Part shown: in pieces, positions 61,723-64,000 of the stretch
Position numbering within the stretch: the stretch's first letter is position 1
Layout of the letters: each line of letters begins with the position of its first letter
DNA from: Chloroflexota bacterium
GTDB taxonomy: Bacteria > Chloroflexota > Dehalococcoidia > Lucifugimonadales > Australimonadaceae
Length of the DNA: 64,000 nt
Assembly: GCA_027618515.1 (NCBI GenBank)
Contig: JAQCEV010000002.1
Coordinates: 17,029-81,028 of the forward strand
Reading direction: 5' to 3'
Notes under the pieces: generated by a model
What the model saw: the letters and a program-made list of their open reading frames with translations, nothing else
What the model was told of the DNA's origin: nothing
Database searches by the model: none
Program-made: the position numbers and the translations under genes

Positions 61723-63354
61723 CTAGATGCCGCCGAGAAGCCGAAGGATGCCTGCTTCCGCATCCTCTCCAAGATGTACCCGGACCAGGCGTCGTTTCTT
61801 GTCCAGCAGGGCCTGATAGTCACCCATCGCCTGCGCTGCGAACAGCGTGCCGAAACCATACGCTTCACCTGGCATGGCGAGATCTTCTTCGTCCACGGTG
61901 AACTGCAAGTACAAGCCGGTGCTCGGTCCACCTTTGTGCAATTGACCCGTGGAATGCAAGAAACGCGGGCCGTAGGCCATGGAGGTCGCGATCTTGTAGC
62001 GCTCCGCGACGAGCTTCCGTAGCAAGCCGGCAGCAGAATCGATCCCCTCAGATGGTTCAGCGTAGGCCATGATCGCGAGGTAGTCACCGCGCGAAGCGTT
62101 CGCGAGCAGATCCTGAAGGTCCCCAGCAGGCGCGGGATCAGGCAGATGGCCTTCGTCCAAGAACTCCGCCAGTAGGCGACCAGTGGAATCCTTTGCCGCT
62201 TGCACATCGGGTTGGTCGAACGGGTGAATGTCTAAGAGCGCTCCAGCCACCGCTGTCGCCAATTCCCACCGGAAGAACTCGCCTCCAATATCGTAAGCAT
62301 CGGCGATATCCAACCGAACCACCGGGTGACCGGCAGCCGCAAGCCGCTCGGACGCCACGTCCGCCTGTGCGTTGTCGTCGCCTTCCACCCTGAGGAACAC
62401 GAACGCCCTGTCGTCTCCGTAGGACTCGGTCTCGAGCAACGGCTCCCCCACGATGGGAACGATTCCTGTCCCCTGCTTGCCAGTACTCTCAGCAATCAGC
62501 TGCTCTGCCCACAGTCCGAAGCTGGCCACCCGGGATGACGCAATCAACGTTAGCTTGTCGCGTCCTTCTTTGGCGGCGGCGGCCATATAAGCGCCAAGCC
62601 ACGCTCCTGAATCCCCTTCGAGGCTGATCGGCCCAGGCGATTTCGCCGCGACCGCTTCGGCCCGCGCGAGCAGCCGTCCGATATCCACGCCGATGAGCGT
62701 TGCAGGCACCAACCCGAAGAATGACAACACGGAATAGCGCCCGCCCATGTCAGTGGGGTTCAGGAAAACACGCCTGAATCCGTGTTCATCCGCGAGGGAT
62801 ACGAGCGATGTACCAGGGTCGGTGATGGCGATGAAGTGTGAGCCAGCATCGGCCTCACCAACAGTGTCTGCGACCACCTTCCTGAAGTGCTTATAGAACG
62901 AATTGGGTTCTATCGTGCCACCGGATTTGGAAGAGACGATGAACAACGTTCGGGCAGGGTCGATTTGTCGAGTCACCGACCGCAACGTTGAGGGAGAAGT
63001 CGAGTCAAGTACCATCAGCGTGGGGTAGCCACCGGTGCTGCCAATCACTTGTCTAATGACCTCGGGGCCGAGACTGCTCCCCCCCATCCCCAGCAACACC
63101 ACATGATTGAAGAAAGAATCCTTGATCTCATTGGCGAACGCAGTGAGGTTGGCGACTTGCCCTGCCATTTCTTTAATGACGTGCAGCCAACCAAGTCGAT
63201 CCTCGATCTCCGTCGGGTCTTCGCGCCAGACGGTGTGATCCGCGGCCCATATGCGGGCAACGATGTCGTCACGCTCCAATCGCGCAATCAGCTCGTTCAC
63301 CGGTGTGGCGAATGCACCCAGCAGGTCAGAAGGTTGGCGTGTCCCTTCGGTCAT
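61723..63354 (-). CDS. pgi: Glucose-6-phosphate isomerase
   Basis: 543 aa of the type often fused to transaldolase. It carries VVLLGMGGSSLGPEV, LFIVSSKSGGT.E and GRYSVLS.FGLVP motifs. Its ATG overlaps the tkt stop (ATGA). Confidence 0.85.
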   Translation of the reverse strand: MTEGTRQPSDLLGAFATPVNELIARLERDDIVARIWAADHTVWREDPTEIEDRLGWLHVIKEMAGQVANLTAFANEIKDSFFNHVVLLGMGGSSLGPEVIRQVIGSTGGYPTLMVLDSTSPSTLRSVTRQIDPARTLFIVSSKSGGTIEPNSFYKHFRKVVADTVGEADAGSHFIAITDPGTSLVSLADEHGFRRVFLNPTDMGGRYSVLSFFGLVPATLIGVDIGRLLARAEAVAAKSPGPISLEGDSGAWLGAYMAAAAKEGRDKLTLIASSRVASFGLWAEQLIAESTGKQGTGIVPIVGEPLLETESYGDDRAFVFLRVEGDDNAQADVASERLAAAGHPVVRLDIADAYDIGGEFFRWELATAVAGALLDIHPFDQPDVQAAKDSTGRLLAEFLDEGHLPDPAPAGDLQDLLANASRGDYLAIMAYAEPSEGIDSAAGLLRKLVAERYKIATSMAYGPRFLHSTGQLHKGGPSTGLYLQFTVDEEDLAMPGEAYGFGTLFAAQAMGDYQALLDKKRRLVRVHLGEDAEAGILRLLGGI

Positions 63355-64000
63355 CAGCTAACTCGACTGAGGAGCTTGCGCGCTTCCTCCGCGACTCGTT
63401 CAGCAGTGAGGCCGAACTCTTTGTAGATCGTGCCAAAAGGCGCGGATGCGCCGAAGTGGTCGATCCCGATGGCTGTACCGCCGAGGCCAATGTACCTGTC
63501 CCATCCCAACGTGACGCCTGCCTCGATGGAAACACGCGCCGATACGTTGGGGGGCAAGATCGCGTCACGGTATGCCTGGGGTTGAGCGTCGAATAGGTCC
63601 AAGGAAGGCATGGACACGACTCGTACGTTTGTGCCCTCGGCGGCAAGCGCTTTCCCTGCCTCAAGCGCGATGGGTACCTCGGACCCGGTGCCCATCAGGA
63701 TCACTTCAGGCGTCGGTGACGACTGCCAGAGGACATAGGCTCCGCGATGCACGCCGGAGGCTGCTCCGTACTCGGCTTGGTCGATGATAGGCAAGCCCTG
63801 TCGCGTGAACACCAAGGCAGTCGGGCCGTCGGTTCGTTCGATCGCAGACTTCCACGCTTGGGCAGTCTCAGTGCCGTCAGCGGGTCGAATCACGTTGAGG
63901 TTCGGCACCGTCCGCAGGCTCATAAGGTGCTCGATGGGCTGGTGGGTCGGGCCATCTTCACCCACGCCGACCGAATCGTGGGTGAAAACGTAGATCACAC
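63354..64000 (-). CDS. tkt: Transketolase, C-terminal part (5' end outside the window)
   Basis: It carries THDS.GVGEDGPTHQPIEHL..LR..PN..V.RPAD..E and the C-terminal transketolase domain. The frame remains open to the window edge. Confidence 0.9.
   Translation of the reverse strand, partial: VIYVFTHDSVGVGEDGPTHQPIEHLMSLRTVPNLNVIRPADGTETAQAWKSAIERTDGPTALVFTRQGLPIIDQAEYGAASGVHRGAYVLWQSSPTPEVILMGTGSEVPIALEAGKALAAEGTNVRVVSMPSLDLFDAQPQAYRDAILPPNVSARVSIEAGVTLGWDRYIGLGGTAIGIDHFGASAPFGTIYKEFGLTAERVAEEARKLLSRVS

Noticed and set aside
61095-61901. A 268-aa plus-strand ORF antisense to nnrE and the pgi 3' end
   Set aside because: It is a Ser/Pro/Arg-rich shadow ORF with no motifs.

Overview
This is a GC-rich window that looks bacterial. 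Operons are tightly packed, most starts have GGAGG-type Shine-Dalgarno sites, and several neighbouring genes share 4-nt start/stop overlaps. I cannot name the lineage from the sequence alone.

Housekeeping content:
- Histidine operon hisZ-like, hisG, hisD, hisC, hisB (25.9-31.4 kb).
- Purine and GMP genes purS, purC, purB, purE, purD, guaA (31.4-41.3 kb).
- pgk, an apgM-like gene, tpiA and miaA (44.1-48.2 kb).
- pgi and the 3' part of tkt at the right edge.
- birA, tsaC, mobA, an NfeD-stomatin pair, two MFS transporters and one tRNA-Gly(UCC).

Accessory content is mostly aromatic-acid catabolism:
- 0-10 kb: a LigB-type dioxygenase fragment, two LLM oxidoreductases with a flavin reductase, a Rieske oxygenase, a bicupin dioxygenase and a PhtD-like decarboxylase.
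- 17.8-22.7 kb: a UbiD/UbiX prenyl-FMN decarboxylase module.
- 48-56 kb: a protocatechuate/gallate 4,5-cleavage-like set (RraA-type aldolase, LigB-type dioxygenase, SDR, PrpF-type isomerase, LigI-type hydrolase).

Most notable observations:
1. Three tandem archaeal-type flagellin (archaellin) genes lie at 10.1-12.5 kb in this bacterial context. One carries a large inserted domain and one is disrupted. No archaellum motor or peptidase genes are in the window.
2. A UbiD paralog has had its catalytic loop and C-terminal domain replaced in frame by unrelated sequence that includes a low-GC3 core.
3. Next to it lies a chimeric ORF that fuses a BNR-propeller fragment to the C-terminal half of a solute-binding protein.
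4. Three genes are frameshifted: archaellin A, egtB and an SDR.
5. Several enzyme homologs lack catalytic residues: an ApgM-like protein, a polyprenyl-synthase-like protein and a LuxR regulator with a pseudo-receiver.
6. Unexplained repeats include five 78-bp coding repeats, three 11-bp repeats, and a 580-bp repeat- and palindrome-rich intergenic region.

I found no CRISPR array, transposase or integrase.
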